Below are positions 23,953 to 37,490 of a stretch of DNA of 64,000 bases, piece by piece (positions within the stretch are counted from its first letter, which is position 1; the number at the start of each line of letters is the position of its first letter). The stretch is taken from positions 51,832,001 to 51,896,000 of the forward strand of contig NC_090336.1 of NCBI RefSeq assembly GCF_035084215.1. The letters are read 5' to 3'. This DNA is from Heptranchias perlo. Its lineage: Eukaryota. The position numbers and the translations under genes were made by a program. The notes below the pieces were generated by a model. That model saw only the letters and a program-made list of their open reading frames with translations, made no database searches and was not told the origin of the DNA.

Positions 23953-24423
23953 GGGGGTAAAACTGGCCCGGGTAGCGCTTTTCTTTCCCCAGGTGCTACA
24001 CAGCCACCGAAGGTGCGAAAATGGCAGGCAGGAGGCATGCACACACAAAACCCTAAACATCGCAAAAGTAAAAAAAAATAAGTAGCTACCATCATCATCC
24101 CGATCGCCGTTGTTCCTGGTCCCGAGATCCCTGACCTCCGGCCCCAAGCTACGACACAACCCCCCCCCCCCCGCAACCCCCGGGCCCCGATCCCGATTTG
24201 CCTCCATATCTCCAGCTTAAGCACTTATAGCACCAGCAGCGAGACAAACTCGGAGCACCTGCCTCCACCCACAGTGCCGTCTTCATTATGATGTGGTCCG
24301 AGGCCCAATATCCAGGGCTCCTCGGATTAATGCTGTGCCCGGGGTGGGGGGGGAGGGGGGGAGGGGGAGCGGGGGAGCGGGGTAGAGAGCGCCCAAAAGT
24401 GAGCGCTCCCAAATTTAACCCCT
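23953..24423. mobile_element. Harbinger-type MITE
   Basis: GGGGGTAAAACTGG ... CCAAATTTAACCCCT ends, flanked by TTA/TTA. Confidence 0.6.
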
Positions 24424-24721
24424 TTAATTTTTTCTTTAATTATAAGAAGCAAACTGCATCACTTGCCTCAAGAGACATCATGAATTTGCAGTGGAAATTT
24501 TTGAACAGTAGAGAGTACATGCAACTCAGTTGTACCTCCGGGATTGAGGATGCCTAAAAAACTTAACAGTGTGCATTATTTTGCACTGTAAGCAATAAAA
24601 AAGTAATGAAGTACATTCCTGTATTTGAGTGGAACACGCAGTGCTGAAGGACTGACTGCAGTTTTGTTTTACCCTTTTCCTAAAATGTTGTGCTGCCATG
24701 TGGAACGACAATACAACAAGA

Positions 24722-25030
24722 ATTTTTTTTTATTCATTCACGGGATGTGGGCGTCGCTGGTGAGGCCAGCATTTATTGCCCATCCCTAATTGCCCTTGAG
24801 AAGGTGGTGGTGAGCCACCTTCTTGAACCGCTGCAGTCCATGTGGTGACGGTTCTCCCACAGTGCTGTTAGGAAGGGAGTTCCAGGATTTTGACCCAGCG
24901 ACGATGAAGGAAAGGCGATATATTTCCGAGTTAGGATGGTGTGTGACTTGGAGGGGAACGTGCAGGTGGTGTTGTTCCCATGTACCTGCTGCTCTTGTCC
25001 TTCTAGATGGCAGAGGTCGCGGGTTTGCAG
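24722..25030 (-). mobile_element. 3' end of a CR1/L2-group LINE (same family as 40818-41890)
   Basis: Near-identical to 40818-41125; A-rich tail on the minus strand. Confidence 0.85.
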
Positions 25031-25274
25031 CTCACAATCTGAACGCTGAAAATTGGAGGTCATTATTGTTCAGGACCTTTCACAGTTTTGAACCCCTCAA
25101 TATCACTACATGGTTGTCGTGCAAATAGTGTGAAGTCAAGAAGATCTAAAGCTGAATAACTTTGAGCGCTCATTTCATAAAAGCGCAACTACATTATTGA
25201 CGATCAATATAGAATTCCACAGATCACGCAAATGAAAAGCCAGTTAGTCCAGTTAGTAGTGGATTGGTAAGGAC

Positions 25275-26445
25275 TTACCGCCCACCACAGTACTGAAATG
25301 GCCCTTATCAAAGTCACAAATGACATCCTATGTGACTGTGACTGTGGTAAACTATCCCTCCTCATCCTTCTCGACCTCTGCAGCCTTTGACACGGTTGAC
25401 CACACCATCCTCGTCCAACGCCTCTCCTTCGTCGTCCAGCTGGGTGGGACTGCGCTCGCCTGGTTCCATTCTTATCTATCCAGTCGTAGCCAGAGAATCA
25501 CCTACAATGGCTTCTCTTCCTGCTCCTGCACTGTTACCTCTGGAGTCCTCCCAAGGATCTATCCTTGGCCCCTTCCTATTTCTCATCTACATGCTGCCCC
25601 TCAACACATCATCGGAAAACACAATGTCAGATTCCACATGTACGCTGATGACACCCAGCTCTACTTCACCACCAACTCCCTCAACCCCTCCACTGTCTCT
25701 GATTTATTACGCTGCTTGTCCAACATCCAGTATTGGATTAACAAAAATTTCCTCCAAATAAATACTGGGAAGACCAAAGTCATTATCTTCGGTCCCTATC
25801 ACAAACTCCGTTCCCTAGCCACCGACTCCATCCCTCTCCCTGGTCACTGTTTGATCTGAACCAGAGCATTCGCAACCTTGGCATCCTATTTGACCCTGAG
25901 ATGAGCTTCCGACCACAGATCCGCTCCAGCGCCAAGACCGCCAACTTCCACCTCCATAACATCACCCGTCTCAGCCCCTGCCTCAGTTTATCTGCTGCTG
26001 AAACCCATAGCCATGCCTTTGTTGCCTCCAGACTGGACTATTCTAATGCTCTCTTGGCTGGCCTCCCATCTTCCACCCTCCATAAACTTGAGCTCATCCA
26101 AAACTCTGCTGCCCGTATCCTACCTCACACTAAATCCCATTCACCCATCACCCCTTTGCTCGCTGACCTCAACAGGGTGCCGGTCCAGAAATGCCCCGAT
26201 TTTAATCGCCCCACCATCAGCCCTAAGCTCTGGAACTCCCTCCCAAACCCTCACCGCCTCCCTCTCCTCCTTTAAGACGCTCGTTAAAACCTACCTCTTT
26301 GACCAAGCTTTTGGTCACCTGTCCTAATATCTTCTTATGTGACTCGGTGTCAAATTTTGTTTGATAATCGCTCCTGTGAAGCACCTTGGGACGTTTTACC
26401 ACATTAAAGGCTCTATATAAATGCAAGTTGTTGTTGTTGCTGTTG
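25275..26445 (+). mobile_element. L2 LINE RT fragment with 3' end
   Basis: STEMALIKVTND, SAAFDTVDH, QGSILGP, YADDTQLY, SRLDYSN, QNSAAR; (ttg)n tail. Confidence 0.93.
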
Positions 26446-28154
26446 ACTTGCTGTTCTGGGGAGGTGAGGAGGGGCAGGGGTGAGGTGGGTTATTCATCCA
26501 AATGGCCAGATGTTTGGAATGTTCACTCTAGGATCATACATTATTAAAAGGGTCATGACTCGACCTGACGACTCCAACAATGTAAAACCATAGAAAGCCC
26601 TTTTTCAATGACTATTCATAGATGAATTCGTACTGGGACAAGATAGATGTATATGGCATTACTTCCCACAGTACACCGTAGCAATAGATGTTCCGTCTTA
26701 AACATGCAACTAAGACTGGATGCCCTGGCTTACTGTATACCCACATGCCTAAAATCCTTCAATCATAGAAGCATGATGTCAAAACATCACCATGGCCATG
26801 TCAGATCCTAAATATTGTAACTAGCTAATTACTGGATTCTTAATTTAATTCATACCTTCATTCAAAGTTAATTACTAGATAATTAAAAGCTTGATTTGTT
26901 CTGCATTGTGAATTTCCACATGATGGATTAATAACTTTTCTTATGGCTTCTATCAGTTTATTTGTTTCTATTCTTACCTGTTTGCTTCACCAGCACATAG
27001 CCTTACTTGTCATGTTGATGCTGTAAATTAGTAATATAGTTATATGAATATTAATTCGGTAAGGGTTGTCACTTCCATTAACAGCGGGCTCTTTTTTTCA
27101 TTCCAGTAAATTAATGGATCAATGGTATCCCAGCATGCCACAGCCATAATCATTGGCTATTCATCTTAAAGCAGTGACAAGGGACCTCACATTTAGCTGT
27201 CTAATCCAAACGCCTGACATTATTCACCTGTCTCTGGGAAACGAAGAGTTGCCATCAATGTACTAATTTCTGTCAATGCAACAAGATATGAAATTGATGC
27301 CACGAAAAATAGGAAGAAAAATTACAACGCCATTCTCCTGCAACTAGGAAAATAGAGATATCTGATCTACAATGTCAAAATATTTCCACCAGCCCATTAA
27401 TAGGCATCATGTGATACAGAGTAAAAATGCCAGGTCCAGGATTTATATGTATTTTGCGTTTGTCTGCTCATCAACATTAGTGGTTGTAGTGATAAAGGAC
27501 AGAACTTTCCCCTCAAATAATTCCCAGTCAGTATCAAACATTCATTGGTGAAGTAAAGAAAGTACAAAGCATATCCAAAGCTCAACCTCATTGATATTAC
27601 GACCACGTGTACAGTATCTACAAAGAAACTGGTTCCTTCCACTACTACATCAGCATATTTCCACTTCGTACAATAATTACTCTCATGGCCTTTCTCTGTG
27701 ATAGTGAAATTGCTGTTGAAATTAAAATTGCATGCTCTCCTGACTCATACTCACAGGGAACTACACTGAAGCGTCTCCAGTTTGATTTATCATCACTTCA
27801 GGATCCTTTACATTTTGGTAACCATAAAATTATTTTCACATTGCAGGAATGATTTTGATGGAAAGAAAATCAGGCGGGTTGCACAACGGGCAGTTGATGT
27901 GCTCTGCCAGATTACTGCCCTGGTCTGGCTTTGAATCCAGTTTCGAAGCAAGAGTAGAAAGTCCACTCTGTCCGTCTGTTGTACGGGCTGTCTCCGGCCA
28001 GTTCCTATTGGGTACCAGCCCACAGTATAATACTGGAACAGAACAGTTACTCTCACTCAAAGCGGGCATAAAGAATTCTGGTGAAGGCAATTTCACACTG
28101 ATGCAGTACGATTGCTCTTTTGACATTCAACATTTGTTAAGGCAGAATATAAAG

Positions 28155-28875
28155 GCCCAAGAATTTGCTGGGAAAATAATGACGAGTTTAATGTGCACGC
28201 TGTTATAAGTGTGTAAATAACCCAGCATGCGCCGTGAATTGTGAAACACCACAAATTGCTGGGCGATTTGCACCGCTCCGCCGTTAGCCTTGCAAAAACC
28301 AAGTTCACTGTTAACCACCCCGTGAGTTTCAAGGAATTGCTGCAGTTGCGCTGTGAAAATGAATGAAACTCGCCTCAGAAAGTTAGGGCTGGTACCTAAT
28401 GGCGTAAGGACCCTTTTAATGACAAGATTCATGTTCCTGTAATGCCACTCAATCTCTCTGGCCCATAAAGGGAACAACTGAAACTGTGGAGTCTCATTTC
28501 TGCAGGTAACAAATTGTTCGTAGGGGTTTGTAAAATTTAAAATTTTAAAAATTATTTTCTTTCTTTTCCTTTCTATCCCTTTTTCCTCTCTCTATTTATC
28601 CAATCTTTCTTTCCCTCTCTATTTCGGTACCTAATTTGACTCTCATTCACCATATTTCCTTCTCTGGCGTTCCTCTGTTTCTTTCTCTATCCTTTAATCT
28701 CATTCATTGAGGAGATAGACTGTTGGTCCCGTCATTCACCAAGGCCCCAGATGGCCCTTTGACCTCGTACTTCCAGTGATTTGCAGAGCAAAATATTTTT
28801 GAGCTGAAGGGTAGGAAAAAAATCTAACAAATGGGGCACACAGTGGGATGCGCCACTCCAGCAAATTCTGGGCCA
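28155..28875 (+). mobile_element. MITE family A copy
   Basis: TIR GGCCCAAGAATTTGCTGG / CCAGCAAATTCTGGGCC and the shared body. Confidence 0.8.
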
Positions 28876-29963
28876 TGGCGTTGAACTGTGCTTTATGTAA
28901 CCTTGATGCTGACACTTGGAGACTGAAGAGTTCTACTCCCCAACACTAGCATCCTTCACCTTGATCAGAACGAAACTCACTGCAAGAGATTTTGAAAGGT
29001 TAGAAGTCCAGGTGGCTACTTTTTTTACCCCGTGCGGTAGTTTCTTGCTTTCTATTGATAATACGAAGTCCAGTCAATATAGATGAGTCATTCACAAATG
29101 TGTGCATATATAGTTAAGGGTTTGTCAATTTTTATGAAATTTAACTCGCCAATCAATCAGAGAATATCAACTTACTCAGAGATTCCCTGACAGCTAGTTT
29201 ATATGTGAAGGCTGCTTGCTAATCACTGTACAGCAAACCAAATCTGTTTCAATGACTTTTAGCACCATGTAAATATGAGCTGCCAATTTTTTAGTCAACA
29301 TTTTCCACAATCAAATTATTGACTTATTTTCAGAGGCTTCCTGATGTTGTTAACCAAACAGCAATTAAATGATCATCTGTCACCACAAGATGCTATTTAA
29401 ATAATTAGTTTCACAAACATGAAAACTGGTCAATAAAGTAATCAATTGCACATTTGTTGCTACATGAGTTGAGGCAAGAAAGGTCATTGTTGATGGTGCA
29501 GATTTACTGCAGACCTCATGCAGTAAAAGTGTAAAATACAACTTTACTACATTTATCGACACCGGTGGGCACAATGACTGATGATTGGCACAGCAACAAT
29601 GCCATTACATCTGTTTTATGATGCGACAGATGTAGCAGCTGCTGGCCGGCCAAATCTTGGTGGTTCAGCAGCAGAGCTTTTGGAACAGGTTGTTCTTAAG
29701 ACCAAGGCTGCCAGAGAATCCTCAAATCCAGTGTCACTACTTCGTTAAGAAGTTGTGAAATTTCAGTGATTCAAGAATCCCTTCTCACAAATACAAACTC
29801 GTGGACATGGGCAAGGATGGGTTCAAGCTTCGCTGTGGTGTGCCCCACGATGGCACGAGCTGCCAACACTCAGCACTTGGCCTCAGACTCGAAGGAGAGC
29901 CATTTGAGCAAGTCACTGGAGAGCTGCCAGTGCCCATGGAGCTGTGCACCAAGGCGAGCGAGT

Positions 29964-30152
29964 GGGGGTAAATCTAACTCCGGCAGAGGCTCAAAACGGG
30001 TGTTAGCGGATCCGCCACCAGTTATGCACCCCCAGGAGTATACTAATGCCCGTTTTACACCCCCTCCCAAAATTGAATTAATCGGGCAGCGTGTATAATG
30101 GGCGACCTGCTAACATCCGGTTTGCACACCCAACAAATTTGAATTTCATCCC
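29964..30152. mobile_element. Palindromic MITE
   Basis: ggggtaaatctaact...aaaacgggtgttagc is mirrored by gctaacatccggttt...aatttcatcccc. Confidence 0.6.
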
Positions 30153-30189
30153 CAGTATCTTCACCAGAAAGAGAAAAAACTGGGATTAA

Positions 30190-30670
30190 AGCACTCTTTT
30201 AAATGGATTAACATCTCCCTTGTCTATGTCAGATAGACTGTGTCAGCTCGGAGCACCAGGGGACATGTGTATAAGTTAAGTAAGCAGGAGGTTCTTCTTT
30301 TCACAGATCGCCATTAACCTTTGGATTGCCAGCTTGTGCAGTGAGTGTGGTTCAAAAGGGAGCTGGTGAGTGCTTAACTGACATCACAGCGTACAAAAGG
30401 TAGGTGGGGTATTGGGTGATGTGTCTCTCGCTTGCTACAATCTCCGAAACTTGTTTGATCGCTTTTGGCGGGGGGTGGAGGGGTCCGAGAAGAATTTCCA
30501 AGATTTTTTTCCTTGAGTCGACCTCCGGTTTTTTTTTGCCTCTCCCAGGAAATTTCATGAGTGGGAGGCGATGGGGGCCATGGTGTCGAGTTGCACCATG
30601 ACAGTACGAGGCAGGCTTGATGGACCAGCTAATCTCTTTCTGTCAATCATTTTCCTTTGTTCATAACATT
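30190..30670 (+). mobile_element. Old LINE (CR1-like) 3' region
   Basis: Similar to 46600-47075 (ttcaaaagggagct, gcttgatggaccagct). Confidence 0.5.
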
Positions 30671-30786
30671 TCGGCCTGGTTATGAAGTGATATGGGCTGT
30701 TGCACAGTTTTCTGACTATTGTAGTTTGACAGGAGCAGGGTGAAAAGCAACTCCCGTGATGCATCTGTGCTTGTGTCTCTCCCTAT

Positions 30787-31477
30787 GGGGTCGGTATTAA
30801 CCCGGTCGGGGGGGTGGAGGGTAAAATATTAAAAATCGCATAATCCAACCCCAACCTGCCGCGTATTTACCTGCTGCCATTTTTAAGGGGTGGGTTGCGA
30901 GGCATGTCTGTGTCCCGCTCTTGAGAGGCGGGACACCTCATTATAATATTTAAATCAGGCTCCCACAGTGCAGTCAGGAGTCTGATTTAAATTTAACGCC
31001 GCCAGGTCAGATTTCCCTGAGTTCAGGAAACCCGGCAGCAGTCAGATCAAACAGGTAAGTGCTTTTTAGAGCACTGCTCGTGAGCTAGGAGGAACAGCAG
31101 TGCTCCCCACACCGGCCCCTCAAGCAAACCTCTCCTCGCTGCCGCAATTGGCCCAACCCCTTCCGACCCTGCGATCTTTGCCCCCTGCCCTCCCTCTTCG
31201 CTGTCGTGCTCTGAGCACCCGCCCCCCCCCCCCCAAACCATGCATTGATCTACTCCAATTGCCAGGGACCATCCCTAACGGTCCCCGACTGCGACCTTCT
31301 ACCACTGGCTTTCCCACTCGGCAGCTGGCCGACTTCCGGGCAGGAAACGAGAAAAAAAGATAACGGCTGGACTTCAGCGTTCCTGGGATTTCCGGGTCTC
31401 CCCACACCGTAACCATGCTCCCCTGCCGTAACTGCGCTCCCCTGCTCCCTCCCTACCTCCCTGTTAATATCGAGGCC
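30787..31477 (+). mobile_element. Harbinger-type MITE
   Basis: TIR GGGGTCGGTATTAAC / GTTAATATCGAGGCC, flanked by TAT/TAT. Confidence 0.7.
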
Positions 31478-33174
31478 TATCCCTCTCTCTCACACAAAAT
31501 CTATCAACAGGTGCTCCAAGTCCCAACATCCAAGACTCAGGTGAAATGGTCCAACTCTGGAACAGAAGCAGAACCCGTGTTACAAAGAGAGGGGCAGGTA
31601 TGTGCAGGTGACCTTTCCAGGAGGTATTTCACACATTAAATGACTAATGTTACGGATAAGTTTCATTACTCTTTTTTCTCAAAATAGCGTACTTTTTGTT
31701 AATGTTAAAGTGATTTTTTTTTCATGTTTCCCCTCACCCTGAGGAAGAAAAATGGGGGGGCCAAAATCAGTTTGAACAAAATGTTCAAGCAATTCACTGA
31801 TTTGTTTTGTGGTTGTTACTGGTTCTTGTTTCATAACTTTAGAAAACAACAAAACCATCTGATTGTTTGGGATTTTGCGGGTTGCTGGTTTGTGATTGGT
31901 AGCTTTTCCCACCCCTCCATATTTAAATGAATCAGCAAGACTAACACAGGGTAGTTATTCGAGTCAATCAGGTAAGTGTACCTGACACTGAAGTGTGATG
32001 TATATTTTCGCACACACAATGGGCACACGGTGGATTGAAGACTTTTAAATTATACTCGGAGTTTCTATGGTGACTTGGAAGATATGCTGTTTAATCTCAT
32101 GTAACATGTAACCTACAACATATACTGAGTAAGTTAAGTTGTGTTTTATGACAAAATATTATGAGAGTATCAGTGGTATTTTTGGGTTGAAGAGGGAAGT
32201 GGGGGGACTGAGTGTGTTTGCAATAACTTCACAGGTCATCAGTAAAGCATTTGCCTCATTTTTTTTTCTGTAAAGAGGTTTAAACCCTGACAGATCCGAG
32301 GTTTAACAAGGTTTCATATTTATGGGGAAGCTATCAAAGAATTCAACCAGTGTTCTCTTGATCACACTTGTAATCCCTCATTGGGATTTTTAATCATTTA
32401 TTTGTTGAATTGCCAAATTATTTGTCTCTTTTTCCTCATTTCTATCAGCAATCAGAGTTATTGTCCTATGGCATTGTACTGTGCAGAAACATGTCCTGAG
32501 AACCCATGGCCGTGCCCCGGAACAGCCAGAAACAAGGCTGCGACCCAAATACATCCTGTCCCAACCTTGCAATGAACTTGCCGGATGGCCTTTTGGGTGT
32601 GGACGCCTCACCACCCCTTACAAGGCCATCATCATAAGAAAGGTCGAGGACTCCCTACATCGTGACCTCGGTCTTCAAAGTGACGCAGCCTATGGTCAGT
32701 GCAGGTACACCTGGCTGAGCCAGCGGCAGATGTGGAGAACACCTGGTGTGGGGGTGTGGTGGGGGGGGGGGGGTCTATCCCAGAACCGTGGCCTGGACGC
32801 CTGAAGATGTTCCCCAATTTTTAAATTTTCAAAGTGGCTCTCTTTAAAAGGAGGCCACGAGGGACAGCTACAGTTTCCTTCCAGGAGGGAAGGGGCAACA
32901 CCCCACCAGCATGGACACTTACATTGGCACTTTGTAGCTAGGTTTATATGGTGGACACCTACCATTTTTGGGCAAACTGGGGAACTTCCCCTGACTACAG
33001 AAAATTCACTGGGGGATCAGCAACAAAGTTTCCCAGCAGGTGCGATTGTGGCTAAGTGTTAGGATCTCTGGGCTGTGAACATCCAAGGTCAAAAAAAAAA
33101 ATTTTTTAAGTGTCAAAGGGTTCATGGTAACAAATATCAAGGACATTGTCATCACAGATTATTGATTTTTTTTT

Positions 33175-33690
33175 ACATAGAATTACATAGAATGTACAGC
33201 ACAGAAAGGCCATTCAGCCCAACAGGTGTATGCCCGTATTTCTACTCCACAGGAGCCTCCTCCAACCCCTCTTCATCCAACCCTAAAAGCATACCCTTCT
33301 ATTCCTTTCTCCCTCATGTGGTTATCTAGCTTCCCCTTAAATGTATCTATGCTATTTCATAGAAGTTACAACATGGAAACAGGCCCTTCGGCCCAACATG
33401 TCCATGTCGCCCAGTTTATACCACTAAGCTAGTCCCAATTTCCTGCACTTGGCCCATATCCCTCTATACCCATCTTACCCATGTAACTGTCCAAATTTGC
33501 CTCAATTACTCCTTGTGGTAGCAAGTTCCACATTCTAATCACTCTCTGGGTAAAGAAGTTTCTCCTGAATTTCCTCTTGGATTTGTTAGTAACTATCTTA
33601 TATTTATGGCTCCTAATTTTGGTCTCCCCTCCAAATGGAAACATCTTCTCTCTGTCTACCCAATCAAGCCCTTTCATAATCTTAGGTACA
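33175..33690 (-). mobile_element. CR1 3' fragment with a nested younger CR1 3' end (about 33358-33496)
   Basis: FRRNFFTQRVIRMWN. The nested piece is near-identical to the reverse complement of about 60970-61110. Confidence 0.85.
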
Positions 33691-34356
33691 TTTCTATTTG
33701 ATGAATTAAGCATAATGAGGTCCCCCTTTAAAGCCACCAAGATCCAAATGGGGGTGCACAGTTCAAAGACCTTATAATAAAACAATCTATTGATATAAAA
33801 GCTTGATAGCTGCTGTGTAAAACTATAGGGAAATAATTCAACAATACTGAGAGGAAAGTAGGTTATTTAAGGTCAAAAGATAAAAATCTTCCACATTTGC
33901 TGTTAAAACACATTCCATATATCCAAGTAGTGCTCACATTGTTAGTTTCTAAACTATTTCATTTTCTAATCAGCTGTGATGGTGTCCGAACCAGTGTAGG
34001 CTTTGCAGCTGATATCAGGGGTAAGAAATAAACAATATTAATGCTCAATTGCATTGCACTGTTTCATTGCTAATAATGTTCTGAAAATAGACTGCAACAA
34101 AAATCACTGGTGACAGTTCAATTTTCTTCTGCATTTGTATTCAAAGTTAGCATCGAAGGCTCAAAAAAGTGGATTGGTTGCGATGTCAAATCCAAACCCG
34201 CTCTTTATCACCATTTCAAGATGTGCTCTGCGCATTGGGCAGCTGCACCACTAGCACTGGGCACCAATTGCCTACCCATCAGATGACCAGGTTTCAGATG
34301 CCAGGGGTCTGAGGCGCACACTGCCAGGAATCACACGGCCAGACTAGAACATCAGC

Positions 34357-34460
34357 TCAGATGAAAGGTCATCGACCTGAAAGGTTAACTCTGTTTCTCT
34401 CTCCACAGATGCTGCCTGACCTGCTGAGTGTTTCCAGCATTTTCTGTGTTTATTTTAGAA
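34357..34460 (+). mobile_element. 3' repeat fragment of a second Penelope-like family with a degenerate hammerhead
   Basis: CAGATGA-A-AGGTC(ATC)GACCT-GAAA-GGTT, followed by acagatgctgcctgacctgctgag. Confidence 0.6.
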
Positions 34461-35299
34461 CATCAGCTTGGCAGACTTGGCTCCAGCCACCAACAGATCT
34501 CTCTTGCTCACCAGTTTCCCTGGAGTACTATCTGATATGCCTGTGAACAGTGAATATTCTTTGCAACACTTGCAAAATGGACCGCATCTTTGAACTGGTC
34601 AAAAATATACGGAGAAAGCAATGGTAAGCCCTGTAGCTGCCACCATGTTGGATACATTCAACAGATGCAAGCCTTGAAATTACATGGTGGCATATTAACT
34701 TACTAACGCTTAATGATTTGACTCAAATTCATCCCTCTGCTATTTTAGTAAAGGCATTAGCTCTTTTAAAATAAACTGTTTAAAGCTTTCCTTAAATAAG
34801 CAGAGAAAATTTTTTTTAGACAAATGCATTGAGGAATTATATTTTAGCATCCCATGACATCATTTCAGTCCTTACAGCTGTCAGTTTCTAACAAAACATC
34901 CCTTTTATTTAGATATAAATAATGAAATCCACCCTAAAACATCAGGGTAAAAGTCATGTCTTTTTAATGCTCCATTGATTAAACACTTTTTCTTCTGTTT
35001 CTTTCAGATTGCTCATCTTAAAATGTTTGTACGGCTTTTAAAAATAAGCCAATATTTCTTTGGAATGGTGATCTTCACATCTGTGTTCTCTCCTTATCCT
35101 TTTTATTTTAATTTTAAATCTTTTGTTATCAGTATAAGGACTGATTTCTTGCTTGGGAATTCCTGGTGTGAACACAGAGCGCTGGTCTGAAAGTCAGCCC
35201 TAGAATCTATTATTAAAGCTTAGTGCAATTACATCACTTTATTTTTTCTGCCATTCTAATCCCTCATTGTGAGGATGGGAGCAACATTTTAAAAACAAT

Positions 35300-36048
35300 G
35301 GGCCGGATTTGGCTCTAAAAATTATGGCGAGCCCAACAGGGCTCACCGTTATTCCAGTGGATCTGGTACAGCAACTTCCGGCAACCGCACATGCGCAGTC
35401 AAACTTGGAAATCCGGAAGTTCCTCTACCAGATGCCCTGCTCCTCCATAAGCTTCCCGAGAGCGGCATCTCACTGGCTGACTCACCGTTGAAATGACTGC
35501 AACAGCAAGAAGTTCCTCTACTGCCCTGATTGAAAGGAAGTAATCGCGCCAAAAAAAGGTACATCAAGTTTTTTACGTCTAGGTCAAATGGTGTGGCAAG
35601 TCTTAATTACTGCCAAACAACCTCTCTAGCAATGAAATTTACTTTTCCAAGTGTGAAGTCTCATTCCTTCAGATTTTAATTGTTGTTGGTACATATTAAA
35701 AAAATTACATTTTTTTTTACTTTTTCCTTCTGTCTCTTTTAATTCAATATTTCTTACACTCTCTTTATTTCGCTTTCTGTACCTGATTTGACATTGAATT
35801 CACTATTCTAACGAACACTTCCTGGTTCTGATTCTGCACTACTTATTGACATGTTTTAATCTGATTGGTTAAGGAGATACACAGTTGCTTGCCCCGTTCA
35901 CATAGGTCCCAGATGCCCTGTAGAGGGCGCCGTGCTGGATGGAGGGCCCCATGAGAGGAACTTGCCGGACAAAAGCCCATGAAAAGTCTATGGGCCAGTC
36001 CAAGTCTGGCTAACAGCAGGGTTCGCTGCACAGAGCAAAATCTGACCC
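35300..36048 (+). mobile_element. MITE family A copy
   Basis: GGGCCGGATTTGGCTCT / AGAGCAAAATCTGACCC ends and the shared body. Confidence 0.75.
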
Positions 36049-36577
36049 ATGGGCATTTGATTAGCTGAAAGTTGGCTACAGAGTAGAAAACGCTCCATTA
36101 TTTCAACCAAGTGACAGAAATCTCAAGACTAACGTGATCATGTCATAGATGACCGGATGTGTTTTCCCATGTGCAGATGGGAAGTGGCAGCCAATCATTG
36201 ATTATGGTGATCAATGCATCTATAGGAGTGCAATGTCGACAAGTAAATTCATCTGCAAAACGCTAAGCATTAAAACAGGCAAAATGCTTAAAATATTGTC
36301 CTCTTTTACATATATCACTCAACATGTGTCATCAGTTTGGTCCCTTCCTTTCTGCTGGATAATGTCGAAGTATCCCACTCCCGAACTGCTCACTCAGACT
36401 GAGGCTGTCAGTGTGCAAACTTGGTGTCTCGTTTGAATCAGCCCTGAGCTGCAAATCCCATATCTTATCCATCAACAAGAAAGCTTGTTTAACCCCAAAA
36501 ATATCACCCCTCTCTGCTCTTACTCACCCCATCACCACTTAAACCTTCACCTGTCACTTCCAGGCTCAACTTCCATT

Positions 36578-37490
36578 CAACAACAACGATGATGATAATT
36601 TGCATTTATATAGTGCCTTTAATGTAGAAAAATATCTCAAGGCATTTCACAGAAGCATAAAGAGACAAAAGTGAACACCGGGCCAAAGAAGGAGCTATTA
36701 GGAGGGGTGACTAAAAGCTTCGTCAAAGAGGTGAGTTTTAAGATGCATCTTAATGGAGGAGAGGAAGGCGAAGAGGGTTTCGGGAGGGAATTTCAGAGTG
36801 TGGAGCCGAAATGGCTGAAGGCATGGCCACCAGTGGTGGGATGAAGGGAGTGGGGAATACACATGAGCCAGATTTGGAGGAACACAGCATCCTTGGGGGT
36901 TGTAGGCTGGAGGAGGTTACAGAGATAGGAAGGGGTTGAGGCCATAAAGAGATTTAAACATGAGGATTTTAAATTTGAGGTGTTGGGGGACCAGCAGCCA
37001 ATGTAGATCAGTGAGCACAAGGGTGATGAGTAAGCAGGACTTTGTGCAGGAGAGGATACAAGCAGCAGAGTTTTGGATGAGCTGCAGTTTACAGAGGGTG
37101 GAGGATGGGAGGATGGGAGGCTGGTCAAGAGAGCATTGGAATAGTCGAGTCTGGAGGTGCCAAAGGCATAGATGAGAGTTTCAGCAGCAGATAATTTAAG
37201 CTATGTTACAAAGGTGGAAGTACGCAGTCTTTGTGATGGAGAGGATATATGGTGAGAAGCTCAGCTCAGGGTCAAATAGGACGCTGAGGTTGAGAACAGT
37301 CTGGTTCAACCCGAGACGGTGACTGGTGGGGCAATAATGGTTTTGTTCTTCCTAACTGGGGGAAATTGCAGCTCTTTTAGTGCTATGGCAGGGACAGAAA
37401 CCTAATTGCAGAGATTCAAACAAGGAGCTGTAGAAAAACTAGGCAAGGATTTGGGAGGCGCCAACACTTTCAAGGACTTTGGGGGAAAAA
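36578..37490 (-). mobile_element. L2 LINE 3' fragment, inside an older plus-strand L2 remnant (about 36300-37940)
   Basis: ttgcatttatatagtgcc tail; minus-strand L2 C-terminal motifs (gcagagttttggatgagc). Confidence 0.8.

Noticed and set aside
26978-27020. Minus-strand segment between good acceptor and donor motifs
   Set aside because: Stop codons occur in all three frames.
34990-35070. Plus-strand acceptor-like tract followed by a short open frame
   Set aside because: No recognisable peptide, a weak donor, and the opposite strand to the supported exon.
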